Shown here: piece after piece, positions 38,096-50,528 of the stretch | How the letters are laid out: every line of letters begins with the position of its first letter | Numbering within the stretch: the first letter of the stretch is position 1 | Assembly (NCBI GenBank): GCA_002633005.1 | Contig: NMRA01000049.1 | Coordinates: 449,189-513,188 of the forward strand | Origin: Phoronis australis | Lineage: Eukaryota > Animalia > Phoronida | Reading direction: 5' to 3' | Length of the DNA: 64,000 nucleotides | Translations under genes and position numbers: made by a program | The notes under the pieces: model-generated | Databases searched by the model: none | Seen by the model: the letters and a program-made list of their open reading frames with translations, nothing else | What the model was told of the DNA's origin: nothing

Positions 38096-41051
38096 GTAAT
38101 GCTTTACCGGTATCAGATTTTATCCTAGAATACAAGCCTGAAATGCACACTGAACTACTGGGTAATAACCCATGCAGAGTGTAAATCCCCATGAGAGATA
38201 ATGATTTGGCAGGAAAACGTGATGGGCATGCTGTTTTCGACCTGGTTTGGTCCACTGTGCTGCACTGAGGGGTGATGGACGTTAAACACAATGAAAGTTG
38301 GATATTTTGATATTTGTTTTGTGAGTTACGTAGAGTTTATTGCTTAGCATGTGGGATTAATGTATTTTTACTTGTCCTTGGTTATTTCACGTATCATGGG
38401 ATCCCTCGTGGAATTAATGCCTCCAAATCCCACTTGGGGGTTTTGAGTGATGAGAATATGATGTCCTCGCCATGTAATAATGTATTTTTATTGTGTATTG
38501 CGTCTGTTAATTAATGTGGTTACTTGTATTAAAACGACATCAATTAGATTGAGGATGAGCTTAGTGGATTCCTTAACGGTAATTGTCGGATATAATGTCC
38601 CAGTATTTTGAGAACCAGTTTTTCTAAAGCATGTCGAACTCTGGTTCGCAAAGTGTGGGCACGTTCTATCTCAGTATTGCCGTTCTTAACAAACCCAGGC
38701 GTCTCTAAGTATATTGTGTGCTTATAGTGACAAAGAGAACAAGATTGCTGTAATAACTAATCAATCACGTGAGGTTATATCCTAAACTCGAGCAACATGG
38801 CTGTGTGTTAACGTTATGTCAAACCTTATTTAGTGACCTTCATTCTAATTCATATATCAAAAAATCAGACCCTGTCAGCTAGTAAAAGTTTTTATATCCT
38901 ATACGAGTAATGGTATGGCCATGAAATACAGGTCGTATTGTGAGGTTTGATATGGAAGAACTACTTTTTCCGTATTTAACGGGTGTTGAATATGGATTTT
39001 CTGTATTTAACACCGCTGTCAGTTGAATACGGATGCCTTCTTTCTCCCCAAAATTCCCTCCTGGGAACACAATACACTACAATTGGTAGAAACATGATTG
39101 TATATATAGCATCACTTTGGGTTCAGCTCCGTGCGCAATGTTTTCATATGCCAATACTATGATATGAGTTCTGAAAACTAAACAAAAAAGTGAAATTAAA
39201 ATGTCGTTGACAATGTTTCTTAATATACTGTGAAATTTTGCACCTGAGTAGAACACTATAATCACAAAAAGTCTCGAACTTGCCACAATATATTTGGGAT
39301 TAGGAAAACAACATACATTACAAATACATGCCTCCTTTTGGTCACCTATTGCACTACACCAGTTGAGGGTCTTTACGGTCAAATATGAGTCTATTTTTAA
39401 ATTCGTTCTCAAAACAATCGAAATACGTTGAGCCCAAAAGCAAAACTGCAACTTCTGTAAACACTGTATTTTGTCAATTTTATGATAAATTTTGGAATGC
39501 TTTCTATCTTAAAATGAGAAGAACCGCGTGCAAGGAGCATTTTTAAAAAGCGTCTGAACGTGCATCAGCCAAAATGTCTGGGTGTCCTGCACAGATATTA
39601 CTCAACGAAGTCAAGAAAAGTTGTCAGAAATATAAGCAAACTTTAACTTAGAAATAGATTTAGCTCAAATTCTGACGAAAATACCGAAAATAGCAGATAT
39701 GCTCCCTAAGCCTGTACTAGCCGCTGTAAAGTACAACGTGACTGCCGTGTCATGCAGGCTGCAAAAAATTCATTCATAAAAATTTTGGGTGCACGTATAC
39801 GTGTCACGCAATCTGCGATCATCATTAATAAAAGATGACAAACGACACCAAAACAAGTGGAGCAATCTGTGTAAAACCGTTTCTTTAAAGAACCCTCAGT
39901 GGAGCGAATGGGATAAATAGTTTATATAACGTAGGTGCTTGTACCAGTGTGTTGTTACATCTCGATTCGTGACATGCAAAAGTATACGAATCTCGATATA
40001 ATAACCACTCTGCCAGTGGTACAAACATGTACGTTGTATAACATATATATGTTTTATGAAAGAAAAAAATCGGATGTTATAAAAATATGTTTCGTATCAA
40101 TGTGTTGTTAATTATAACATTACTTATTACATAACTTAACACCCATTTAAATTCAAAATTTCATTTTTAAGAATGGTACACCAGTAGACAACCCCTTGGT
40201 GGATTTTAATGAAATCATTTCTAAATGAAAACTTCACATTTACGCCAAAAAGGAATTTTCGATTACTTATTTAGTTTTGTTTCTAGGACAAATGAAGTCG
40301 TAAAACATATGGTATTTTTTTAAAAAGAATAGCAGTCGTATTCGTCTATCTTAGGTATGAAAAAACTAAGTGTTTTAAAGGAAAACCCCAAGAGCTTTTT
40401 GAGACCGATAAATAAATATTGAAAGTGAAAAGTTTTAGTGAAAATCATTGGGCCGTTTTCTAGACTCGAGTCTTAAGAATCTGACGGTTATCGCTTAATT
40501 ATTCACTGAAAACTTGCTTTTGGTATGTATAACCTCTGCATGCCTCAACCATGTTCACTATTTCAACAGTCACTCACAGTGTCAACTGAATTTGCAGTGC
40601 TTAATTAACTTAGTTATCACCACAACATTTTAATTTTGTGAATGTGCCTTGAGTCAAGCTAGGTCAAGGCAGGGTCAATTGTTGACATACTTAAAAATAG
40701 GTCAACAGTTCATTGTTAAACACACCACACACCGGGGAGAGTAATATGAAACCAAGTACAAAATGGACAGCAGAAATCCAGTTCGTGGTGAAAGCACGTC
40801 GTGACCATGATATCAAAACAGCAAAATGTCAAATTACCGATCATAAGTAGTAAGCAAATTTATGTGGTTGTGCGGTTCTGCTTAATCTTTTTTTCTCGCT
40901 ACATGGTGTGTATTTCGTATTTGAAGTTCCCCGATTATGGAGGTATTTTGCTAGACATAGGTGAAATATTGTAAAACGGCCAACCTTTGTAAATAAGGTT
41001 TGAAATATCCTTAAAAGCCTTACCTTTAAAATCTCATTCTTGCTATTGCAG

Positions 41052-41160
41052 GCTAACCTGAAGCAGTTTGTAGAAGCCGTCAAACATGGTAGCGTTGCCA
41101 AGGTAACCAAGTTCACCAGTAAAGGACTGGATCCAAATTTCCAGGAGGCAGAGATGGGAG
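41052..41160 (+). CDS. SHANK: Shank exon 5, ankyrin repeats (ANLKQFVEAVKHGSVAKVTKFTSKGLDPNFQEAEMG)
   Basis: ttgcAG acceptor, GAG|GTACAA donor, 109 nt, phase 0-1; ANLK.F and KGLDPNF motifs. Confidence 0.96.
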
Positions 41161-41917
41161 GTACAATTTAACAGTCTTGACATTTATTCTATACGTGAGA
41201 ACATTAAGCAGTCACTTCCATGCAGCTGCCCCTCTGGCCTAATAGTTCTTTAGGAGAAATAAGTGTTTGTGGGCTATGTAGAAGCAGTTTAAGCAGGGAA
41301 ACGTGATTGCAACCCATGGTAATTCTCTATAAACTCATTGCATGTCCATGAATGCTTGTCATACACTAGGCTCAAAGCTGACAGAAGTAAATCTTCATCA
41401 CATGGAAACAATCTGATTGAGACTCAGGAATAAATGTGGTTAGTTCACAATTAGTGCTTTCAATGCATCAGATGCCACTGTCACTCATGGTCTGTGAATT
41501 ATTAAATCGGTTTCAATTTCAGTTATTAGTCTGTGATCTGCCATAAATAGGCATAAGTTGTGTATGGTGAACTGAAGAGTGGCATTGTTTGTGATAGATT
41601 ATGCAGCTGTGGTTGTTGTCATTAATGAAATTATTTTTCAACTCTGCAGTTAGTCTTCTGTATCAATACTGTCCCTTATTTTTTGCCATGTTGTTATTCC
41701 TTTCAGAATTTGCACCATCATCCTATAGTGTTGATCTATTTAATCTAATAGCAAACTCAGATAATGACATCCATAAATAGCCTGTAATTATCAAGAAAAA
41801 ATTAATGTAAAGCTTATACTGCCAGTTCATAGTTTGCTATTCACATGTCACTGCAAACAAGGGGGAGATTGTGTTAATTTTGTCATGGGTGCTGTAATTA
41901 TCAAGCTTTCATTTCAG

Positions 41918-42069
41918 AGACACCCTTGACCCTAGCCACGGCACTGATGAAGCCGCGCGAGATGATCCTCGCCTTGGTGGGAGGAGGTGCTCACCTCGAC
42001 TTCCGAACGAAACGTGGTGTCACTCCCATGCACAAAGCAGCCATGGTTGGAAACCAGGAGGCCCTAAAA
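41918..42069 (+). CDS. SHANK: Shank exon 6, ankyrin repeats (ETPLTLATALMKPREMILALVGGGAHLDFRTKRGVTPMHKAAMVGNQEALK)
   Basis: atttcAG acceptor, AAA|GTGGGT donor, 152 nt, phase 1-0; GGAHLDFR motif. Confidence 0.95.
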
Positions 42070-42843
42070 GTGGGTGCACAAATCAATTTCATCAGTTGTC
42101 ACGTGATATCTGTAACACTATGAAATCATTAGTGTCCCTTTGTAAACCTTTCGTTACTTTTCGAGTGCCAAGTATCTTGCTTGTTCATGAGGTTCGTTAT
42201 TAAGAAAAGAGAGAGTGGGTGGTCTGATGTCTTTTGCGGTGCATGAGGTTTGTTACTTGGTGAACTGAAATTTCCCCAAGTTTCTTACTTGTTCATAAAG
42301 CTTTTTCGTTTTTGTTTGTTTCTTTGTTGTCACCCTACTGGTCACGTTTCGTATCAAATCTTCATGAAATTTACATACAACATGTGCCTCGTTTAGCCTA
42401 GTTTGTCCTCAGATCTATCTTACTTTTAATGTTCTTTCCCTATATTTTTGTGTTCATTCTTCGTAAACCAAAAATTGTTTTAACATGAGTATAAGAATAA
42501 TAGTATTGAACCATATTGCATTGAAAAGCTTAGTGCCGTTGTCTCAGGCTGTCATGTGACCCAGGACTTGTAGCCCTTGGTTTCCGTTCATGGTGGGTTT
42601 CTTGAACATCGAACACTGTACACAACAGCAACCAGATCGAAGATCACAGAATACGGTTTGAAATAATCAACTCATCAATATGACGGCGTATTTGAGGAAG
42701 TGAATTGTATTTTACAAACTTGCTGTAAAGTAACCCCTGATACTTGCGACGGATATCAGGTGTGAAGTGTCCTTCTATTTGTACACAGACATATGTACAT
42801 GGATACACCAAGGTGATGCTTGATCTTAATTGTTGTCCTGCAG

Positions 42844-43011
42844 GTATTTCTTGAACTAGGAGCGTCGCCCAACTATCGAGACGCCGCTGGTCTGACGCCT
42901 CTCTACTACAGTGTGTCTCATGAAGTCAGTCCAAACTGTGTAGAACTCCTGCTGCATGAGAGATCTGTCATCAGCATTCAGGACGAACAAGGCTGGGCGG
43001 AAATACATCAG
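42844..43011 (+). CDS. SHANK: Shank exon 7, ankyrin repeats (VFLELGASPNYRDAAGLTPLYY...QDEQGWAEIHQ)
   Basis: cctgcAG acceptor, CAG|GTGTTT donor, 168 nt, phase 0-0. Confidence 0.96.
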
Positions 43012-46000
43012 GTGTTTATGTACTTCTCAAACGCTTTTGCATTGTTTGTCAGAATTCTCTTTATGGTCTGATGTTTTTTGTTTTTATGTTAGGATGTTGG
43101 CTCTAAATGCTCAGAGTTCATGCTATGAACATTCCCACTAAATAAAATTGGTTCTAACCCCAGTGGTTAAGGTAAACGGCGGGGTATGGAAAATTGAACT
43201 AGACCGTATTTATCCACCTTGGCTGAGTCGCACTCGGCTCACGATCAAAGGGATGCCGCCAGGCTGCTCTAGTCATCGAGTCACGAGCGATGATAATTGG
43301 CTTCTCTCATGCGGATATGATCAGCTGATTACAATCTAGCTAGCAGACTGTACTTTTTATGGTGAGAGTTTTACGTAGTTTTTACTGTAATATTTGAAAA
43401 GAGGAGCGAAAACAAATATGATTACAACTTTGAAATTTTCAAATCGGCCCAGGATAAGAGATTGTGCAACACAGCAACACTCACGATTACTTTCATTCGG
43501 CGCGCACTAATACAAAAATATAGGACCCAAGTTATTTAGATTTTGGAACACATGCATTGCAATATTCAAAATACTTTTATTATGAATCTTACAAGCTGTA
43601 AAACGACGTTGTTAATTTCATTGTGTTCATTCATTGTCATCCGTCAAATCGGCAATTTCCGAGATGTGATCTGCGGCGTGCGCGTATGTGTACAAAACAC
43701 GTGATTGTTATGTTCCTGGAGTACGAAAATTAAGAAGGCTTTAACATGCCGTTATTATTGACAGGGACACGATAAAACGAATTTGGATTTTGACTATAGT
43801 CTTGATACAGCGATCTGACTGACCACTGCGTCAGTGTCTCCGTTAGACCCAGAAATTTCACACAGCCCGGGTAGTTCATTTCGTCCCCAACATGTAGATC
43901 GAGCCTTGGACTATTAATACTCCACGGCAGAGCTAACGACAGTCGGCCTGTGCACACAAAATCTGTGAGTTAACCAGCACTCACCTTGCACGTTACAGCC
44001 GTTTAAGTGAAAAACAATCTAGTAAACGCCATTTTCTTGCATAATCCTCCGCCTTTTGTAACAAAAAAGTCTATCGTCGATGACCCGCACACGCACGCTC
44101 ACTCACTCTCATACACAGACGACCTTCAAAACAAACGTCACGTGACAACAACATGTGTGTTCATCCAGAGATTTTTCTCTTGTTGTGGAGTACGATGTAG
44201 CGCACATTTGGACTTAATCGCAATTAATCTGGACTCCACATGAACTTTAAAAATTGTAAAACATCAGGAAGATTTCAGGTAATTTGTTGAGTCGAAACTA
44301 TATTTTTATTCAAGAGTACAAGTTTTCCTATTGACGATGGCGATTCAGCGGCGACGCATCAGTCGGCAAGTTTTCGCCCTGTGATGAGCACAATTTTTTG
44401 AAAAATTATCGTAATTTAACAACGGAAGTTCATAGCAATGCACCACAATTTTGTAGAAAGACTGTCATAGGCTAAAAATTCGTCACAAAGCGTAAATTTT
44501 ATGAATCCTAGCTTCCGATTTTACCCGTTTGGGAAACCGGCTTTCAACTGCCGTAGGCTACAATAAGAATCCCCTCCCCGTGAAATGATTTTTTCTAAGC
44601 GTTTATTAGAGCCAATACAGTATACAGCTTTCCACCAAGGCTAGGTGATACTACGACATTATTCTTTGTTGCATTAGTAACTGGTCTTGGCTAATATTAT
44701 CATTTTATGGCCTGGTCATCCATTCAGCCAAAAGTAGTTCCAGAGGTGGCTTATCAGCCAATTATTCACGCATGCTGACTCACAATAGAAGCCTGATAAG
44801 AGTGAAGGTGGATAAATGCAGTGTTCCTACAGTTTCTTGTTTTAGTGGATGTGTTCACGACATGGTTACTAGACGTTACAGTTTGAGCTATGCCAACAAT
44901 AAGTAAAAATAAATAAAAAGCTACTTTCTGATTAAACATTTGACAAATGAAAATCCACTCATCTGCCGTATTGTGTTGTTAACTGAGGAATTTTTATATA
45001 CTTATGTTGTCAACACCCAAGTTTGTTTGCACTAGAGTCTGTCGTGCAAAAAAGGTTAAATGTTTGATATTTGATATGATAGACAACACTAGTTAAAGAT
45101 AAATGCAAATCCCCAATACATTGCCATGACTTAATATTGGCATAGCAATTAAGAGCTGCTGTCTTGACGTCTTTGTCAGGTGTTAACAATAGTACAATGC
45201 ACATCAAATGTATAGACAAAATTACCCAGAATTCTCAGTCATGACGACAAGGTGGAAGCTGAATTCGTCGTCAGAACAGTACTTCTCCTCGTGGCTTAGA
45301 ATGAAGCGGAATATACGGCTTTCAAAATGGCTGGCTTTCGAAATGGCCCTGCCATATTGAAATTCACTAACCCGCAAGACGGTCATCAAGCTTTTGGTGC
45401 CACCTACAGATCCCATGTAATACGGATGGCAAGTTTCAACATACTGGTATAAAAAGGTTTTAACACCCTTCCTGCCATGATAATGGCGTCAAATTTCCAG
45501 CACTATGCGTAGGAATGTACTAATGTCTTACAATAAAACTTTTGAAATATCAGTGGACGAACAAGGACATCATGTTCCATACATTTCCCACCGAGAAAAA
45601 TATTCAAAATGGAGTCGGTGTTACTGCAGCAGATGAAGCGGGAGAACTTTGATCCCAACTGGTGTCAAAAAAGTAAAATAAATGAGTGAACTTAAAAGTA
45701 ATCAAACAATGTTTGAACTTCTCTTTTAAATTAATGAACCACTATGTAGCAATTGAATTTCTGTCCACCAAATTCGAGTCAGAATCAGCGGGAAGTCGCT
45801 TTGGGGCTCTCATTACTCTAGGGAGCGCCAATGTGAAAAGTCCCCTATTATCTGTGAAGTGGCTTAGCCATTCTGTGTATAGAATTTTATCACTGTAATA
45901 GTTATTATCCGTCATGTTTGTTGTAAACTGAATTTGCCGTCACGACTGATAAGCAGCATTTTGTCTGATTAATTTTTTATTGTTCAGTATTTTGCTAGTC

Positions 46001-46123
46001 TCAGTATGGCTTTGGAACTTGCAGTTTGACTTTGTGATATTTTTATGATAAAAAATTCATGATTTACACACACGAGTTCCTGATATTTCTGTTGTTTCAT
46101 ATTTTCCTTTATTCCCTTCACAG

Positions 46124-46240
46124 TCCTGTCGTTATGGGCGTGTCCAACACTTGGAGCATCTGTTGTTCTATGGGGCTGACATCAACCAGCGTAACGCCAG
46201 TGGTAACACGCCTCTGCATGTTTGTGCCGTAAACAACCAG
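46124..46240 (+). CDS. SHANK: Shank exon 8, ankyrin repeats (SCRYGRVQHLEHLLFYGADINQRNASGNTPLHVCAVNNQ)
   Basis: Long pyrimidine tract plus cAG, CAG|GTTAGT donor, 117 nt, phase 0-0; absent from the ORF track, translated by hand. Confidence 0.97.
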
Positions 46241-46655
46241 GTTAGTTGCTTAGTAGTCCGATGCTAGGAACAGTGTGCTGCAAACTGTCAGTTACCGTCT
46301 CATATAAATTTGCCGACATTGTCCATTTTACTCACATATGCCTTACCTATGAATGTTAATTCTTCTTTGAAGATCGCCTCGTTCTCCAATGCTTCGTTTA
46401 TCACCTTGCAACCTAGGATATTTTAATTTGTCAGTTTCAATGCCCTGCATGGATATGTTTCCAAGGACAGATTACTCGGTATTTAGTTATAGTTTGGATT
46501 AAGGGTTTGACTAGACTATAAACATTCGTCAAGAATTACAAAATCAAGCTAAATACAATGTTTTCATAAATTGATTCAAATTCATGCAATATCAGTTTTA
46601 TTATAAAATGTAGTTTGCATTGCGTTGTTTCAAGAAGTTTTTGTTTCATTTTCAG

Positions 46656-46800
46656 GAATCCTGTGCTCGGGTGCTATTATTTCGAGGAGCCGACAAAACT
46701 CTGGAGAACTTTTCTAGTCAGACACCATTCCAAGTAGCTATCATAGCCAACAACAGAGATCTCGCCGAGGTCATCAAGTCGCATAATGAGGCACAAGTTG
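46656..46800 (+). CDS. SHANK: Shank exon 9, last ankyrin repeats (ESCARVLLFRGADKTLENFSSQTPFQVAIIANNRDLAEVIKSHNEAQV)
   Basis: ttttcAG acceptor, TTG|GTAAGA donor, 145 nt, phase 0-1. Confidence 0.97.
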
Positions 46801-47880
46801 GTAAGACGATGTGTTTTTTTTTGGCACAGATTACTGTTACTATAAAACCCTGCACTTGGGCGCATGTGCCTAATTGTGGAGCTATAGACTTATGCACCTC
46901 TATGTAAAACATCTAAGTTGAAAAATCTTGAAAAAACACATTATTTTACACATAGGCCCATACACTTATTTGTGTGGTTTTACAGTAAATGTATGTGCAA
47001 TTCTGCATTCTCGTAATAGTCAATATTTTAATCTTGACAGTTTGATAAGATTCATTCACACATTGTTTGTCTTTATTCCACATTATTTTTGACTAATAGG
47101 CTCGTCCTGAATAGCACTCCACCACTCTTGCTCAAAGGTATTTACCCACAATGCACATACGTGTCCTGCTTCTTCACCTGCATTAATTAACTTGTCACTA
47201 TATCGTATCTGAATGATTATGTACTTCATCATTTTAATGCAGACAGACTTGCATTATTGCATTTTCAGCTGCAGTGCTGACACCTAGGAGTAGGCCAAAA
47301 TGCTACATTCACAATGTGTTTGTTCTTTCCTTGTTGCTCAACTTATGAGTGCTTGATATTTTGAAAAATAGGTCACAGTCATGCAATGCATTTTTCTACC
47401 TCCGCGAATGAAGAGAGTTCAATGGAAGAGGGGCCTAATGAACACACTATGTTATCCAACAGTCTGAAAATAACCTATAATTACTGATGTCTTGTAGCCA
47501 GATGAATTGAATTGGCGTGTATACATCTCCTATGAGGTCATGATGAAGCAAATTGTCTGTTAGATCAGTGCTAAATATGATTGGAGCTAATCCTTTCAAA
47601 AAAATACTCTGCTTTTAAATAGGCAAAAAACTATCGAACAAAGCAACACCTGGCATAAGTACGCAAGATGTTTTGTAGCCATGCGTCTTGTAAATTGATC
47701 TTTTATGAATCCTTTTCCTTTGCAATATCATTCAATTGAATTTTGCATTTTTTGATTCAGAACAAAATTTATTTAATGTTCATGTATTTAGTTTTTTTTT
47801 GCAGAACAGACTTCATTATAAAAATGTTATCTGATCAAAAACTACACTGTTTGTACTGTTCTCTTTCTCCTTTTCTTTAG

Positions 47881-48168
47881 TGCCTTTCAAAGAGCCTCCG
47901 CATTACACAGATAGGCGGCGCTCCAGTATCACTCCACTACAGACTCAGTTGGTCCGTAGCCGTAGCGACCCCCGACTTAACCTCAGCCATCTGAGAGACT
48001 GTTTCGATGACTATGATGGCTTGACCCCGACCAATAGTCTCATAAGTTCTCCATCCAGCTCAACACTTCACGAAATCTCGCGTAGCAATTCCTACCGCTA
48101 CCCAGAGAGGATTGAAAAAGTAGTGCCACAACGCTCCATGAGCGTGTGTAGTTCTTTATCGTCAGGAG
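47881..48168 (+). CDS. SHANK: Shank exon 10, ANK-SH3 linker (VPFKEPPHYTDRRRSS...SSLSSG)
   Basis: Strong pyrimidine tract ttttctttAG, GAG|GTAATT donor, 288 nt, phase 1-1; VPF.E.P.Y..RRR motif follows the ankyrin repeats in Shanks. Confidence 0.92.
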
Positions 48169-49013
48169 GTAATTATATCCATTTTTGTACTGTTTATCTT
48201 GTTTGCTCCAATAGACTTGATATAGAAATCTTTTGAAATAGCATAGTATACATATTGATCGTTTAAACCCGCTCACAAAAATGTTGTTTGAAAAAGAGGT
48301 GATTTTTTGTGTTTTTTTTTTGTTATCGCAGTTCAACTAACAACCCCAATGATGAACAATACTTGTTTGTTTTGCTCGATGAATTTAACGTCTCCAGTAA
48401 ACAAACTATCAATAACAATGATATTCATAAACACTTAACATTTTTGCAGTAATATCTGGTGTATTGAATCAAAAATTTGTACACATGGTCATCAACCCAA
48501 AGAAGCACCATGGAAGAGTGTTCACATTTTCACATTTGGCTATAACTTTGGAACAACATATCTCAGAAATGGTCGTTCGATGTTTACGAAACTTTCACAT
48601 TCTGTGTTTGATGTGCTGTTCTCCAAAACTCTGCCAGAAATTGTTTTTAAATGTTCCACTTTTGCATGAGTTGCGATAAAAAACTAGGACTTTTATGAAT
48701 AAAACGTGTCGAACAAAATAACGATTTAAAAAATAGTTACAGTAGTTTTGAAAATTCATCCTGAACATTTGTATCAAACAAAATTTGGTCGTGATATCAA
48801 TGCCGTTGTTTTGTTGTGAATACTCAATTTTACTATAGTCCGAGCTCAGTCTCGTGTCCCTAAATTCTACAGGCTTTCTACCTTCCAGAAATATATACAT
48901 TTACTTAATTAAGAGTTTTGTAGGTGATTGGCTGTGCATAGTGCTTATTGAATGAAATAATGTTAACTGTGAAAAATGTTGCCAAACTTCGTTGTCATAT
49001 TTTTTGATGTTAG

Positions 49014-49061
49014 ACATTTGGTGGAAATCAAAGTCTCTGCCTGATGTGTCAAGCAGTCGAG
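49014..49061 (+). CDS. SHANK: Candidate 48-nt cassette exon of Shank (DIWWKSKSLPDVSSSR)
   Basis: tttttgatgttAG acceptor, GAG|GTAAAG donor, symmetric phase 1-1, open in the Shank frame. No transcript evidence. Confidence 0.55.
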
Positions 49062-49359
49062 GTAAAGTAGCCTTCGGAGGTGTTGGTCTCTGTTTGTATG
49101 CCTCCAGATTTAGTAGTTTTTGGTAAAAGGATATTAGAATTTTAGTGGGTGCTCAACTTGAGGCGGGTGTGTACGGACATCTCAGGTTTTTCTCATTGTT
49201 TTAGTCAGGTAAACGTGTTAGCCGTTTGCAACTACAAATTGTGAGGCTTTTTCTAACAGGTGGTGTATCAGGGTATACAGTGCTAGACAAAATACATTTT
49301 GTCTTGCAGTTGCTCTTTGCCATTTGTTCTCTGCTCGTATAGTCTGTACTTTTACATAG

Positions 49360-49383
49360 CACCATTATGGAGATGGAAACCTG
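49360..49383 (+). CDS. SHANK: Candidate 24-nt microexon of Shank (APLWRWKP)
   Basis: cttttacatAG acceptor, CTG|GTGAAT donor, symmetric phase 1-1, open frame, TGC-rich upstream intron. Could be chance. Confidence 0.35.
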
Positions 49384-50384
49384 GTGAATACTTTCTGCAG
49401 TGTGTGTTACTCTAAAATCGAGACGGAGGCAGTCTTACTACTCTTGTGTGCATTTCTGGGAGCACTTCATTCAATTGTGTGTTCATGTCTCAGTGTTGGT
49501 GTGTCAGCTGGCATTTCACGTTCGTTTCGTCCACTGTATACAGAAAAAATTATTTATCTTTTACTGGACTTGGGAAATTTAAGTTACGCTTCATTGGTCA
49601 CTGTAGACTTTTTCTAACTGCTGCGACACCTTTTGACATGTGTCAATCTTGAAAAAAAGCAGTGGGAAAAATTGAACCAAATTCAGTCCCATGTATGTGG
49701 CAGGTTGAATCTCAGTCAACCTCGTCTGTTTAATGAAGGATGCTCTCTTTCAAATGTACATTTAAATTACACACCGTGTTCAAACCAGTTCTTCCTTGTC
49801 TAGAATATGTTATCTGGATCTAAGTACTTTGAAAAAAATGGCATCCTAAAGAGATTCACATACTTGGCATTAGATTTTGTTCGATCTTGTGCTGCTGTTT
49901 GTCTCAAAAGCGCAGTAAAAACTTGGCATTAGTCGTTTGCCAATCAAAATGTTTCTCAAATTTTTCAAGTAAATCCGATAATTTTTTTCTGTATCTATTT
50001 CACCACTGGATGACACCTAATCTTTATGTATTTTGTGCTGTATGCTAAAAAACTGAAAAACACTGTTCCTAATGTTTCAACATTGATACTCGCACACCTC
50101 TGGGCTTTTTGTCTGAATTATTAGTTTTATTACGGAAAAAAAATCTGAAAAAACATCTGAAAAAACATCTGAAAAATGAGGTTATTACACAAACACGTTT
50201 GAGTGAATAAACATATTAATGGACTGTCATGAACAACTGGTTATCAGTGAGCGAAACATTATGAAAACAAGAAATCGGTCTTTTTATATTCCGTATTAGC
50301 TTTGATTTGATTCTATTGTCTACGAGATATTTCAAATCAGGTGTGTTCAGTTGCAAGAGTTAACTTTGACCCAATTTCTCCCAG

Positions 50385-50528
50385 GACGGGATAGCGACTC
50401 GCTGGTTTACGCTTTCCCGAGGCGTCGTCTGTACGCAGCACTGCCGGGTCGAAACTTCGTCTGCATACGTTCATATAAGCCTAAACAGGCGGGAGAGCTG
50501 GAGCTCAATAAAGGAGATATTGTCGAAG
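50385..50528 (+). CDS. SHANK: Shank exon, SH3 N-half (GRDSDSLVYAFPRRRLYAALPGRNFVCIRSYKPKQAGELELNKGDIVE)
   Basis: tttctcccAG acceptor, AAG|GTGCAC donor, 144 nt, phase 1-1; matches Shank RKLYSAVPGR.F...Y....GE..L..G. Confidence 0.95.

Noticed and set aside
49201-49214. ttAGtcAG|GTAAAC as a 4-nt exon or recursive splice site
   Set aside because: A 4-nt exon would frameshift, and the intron is too short for recursive splicing to be expected.
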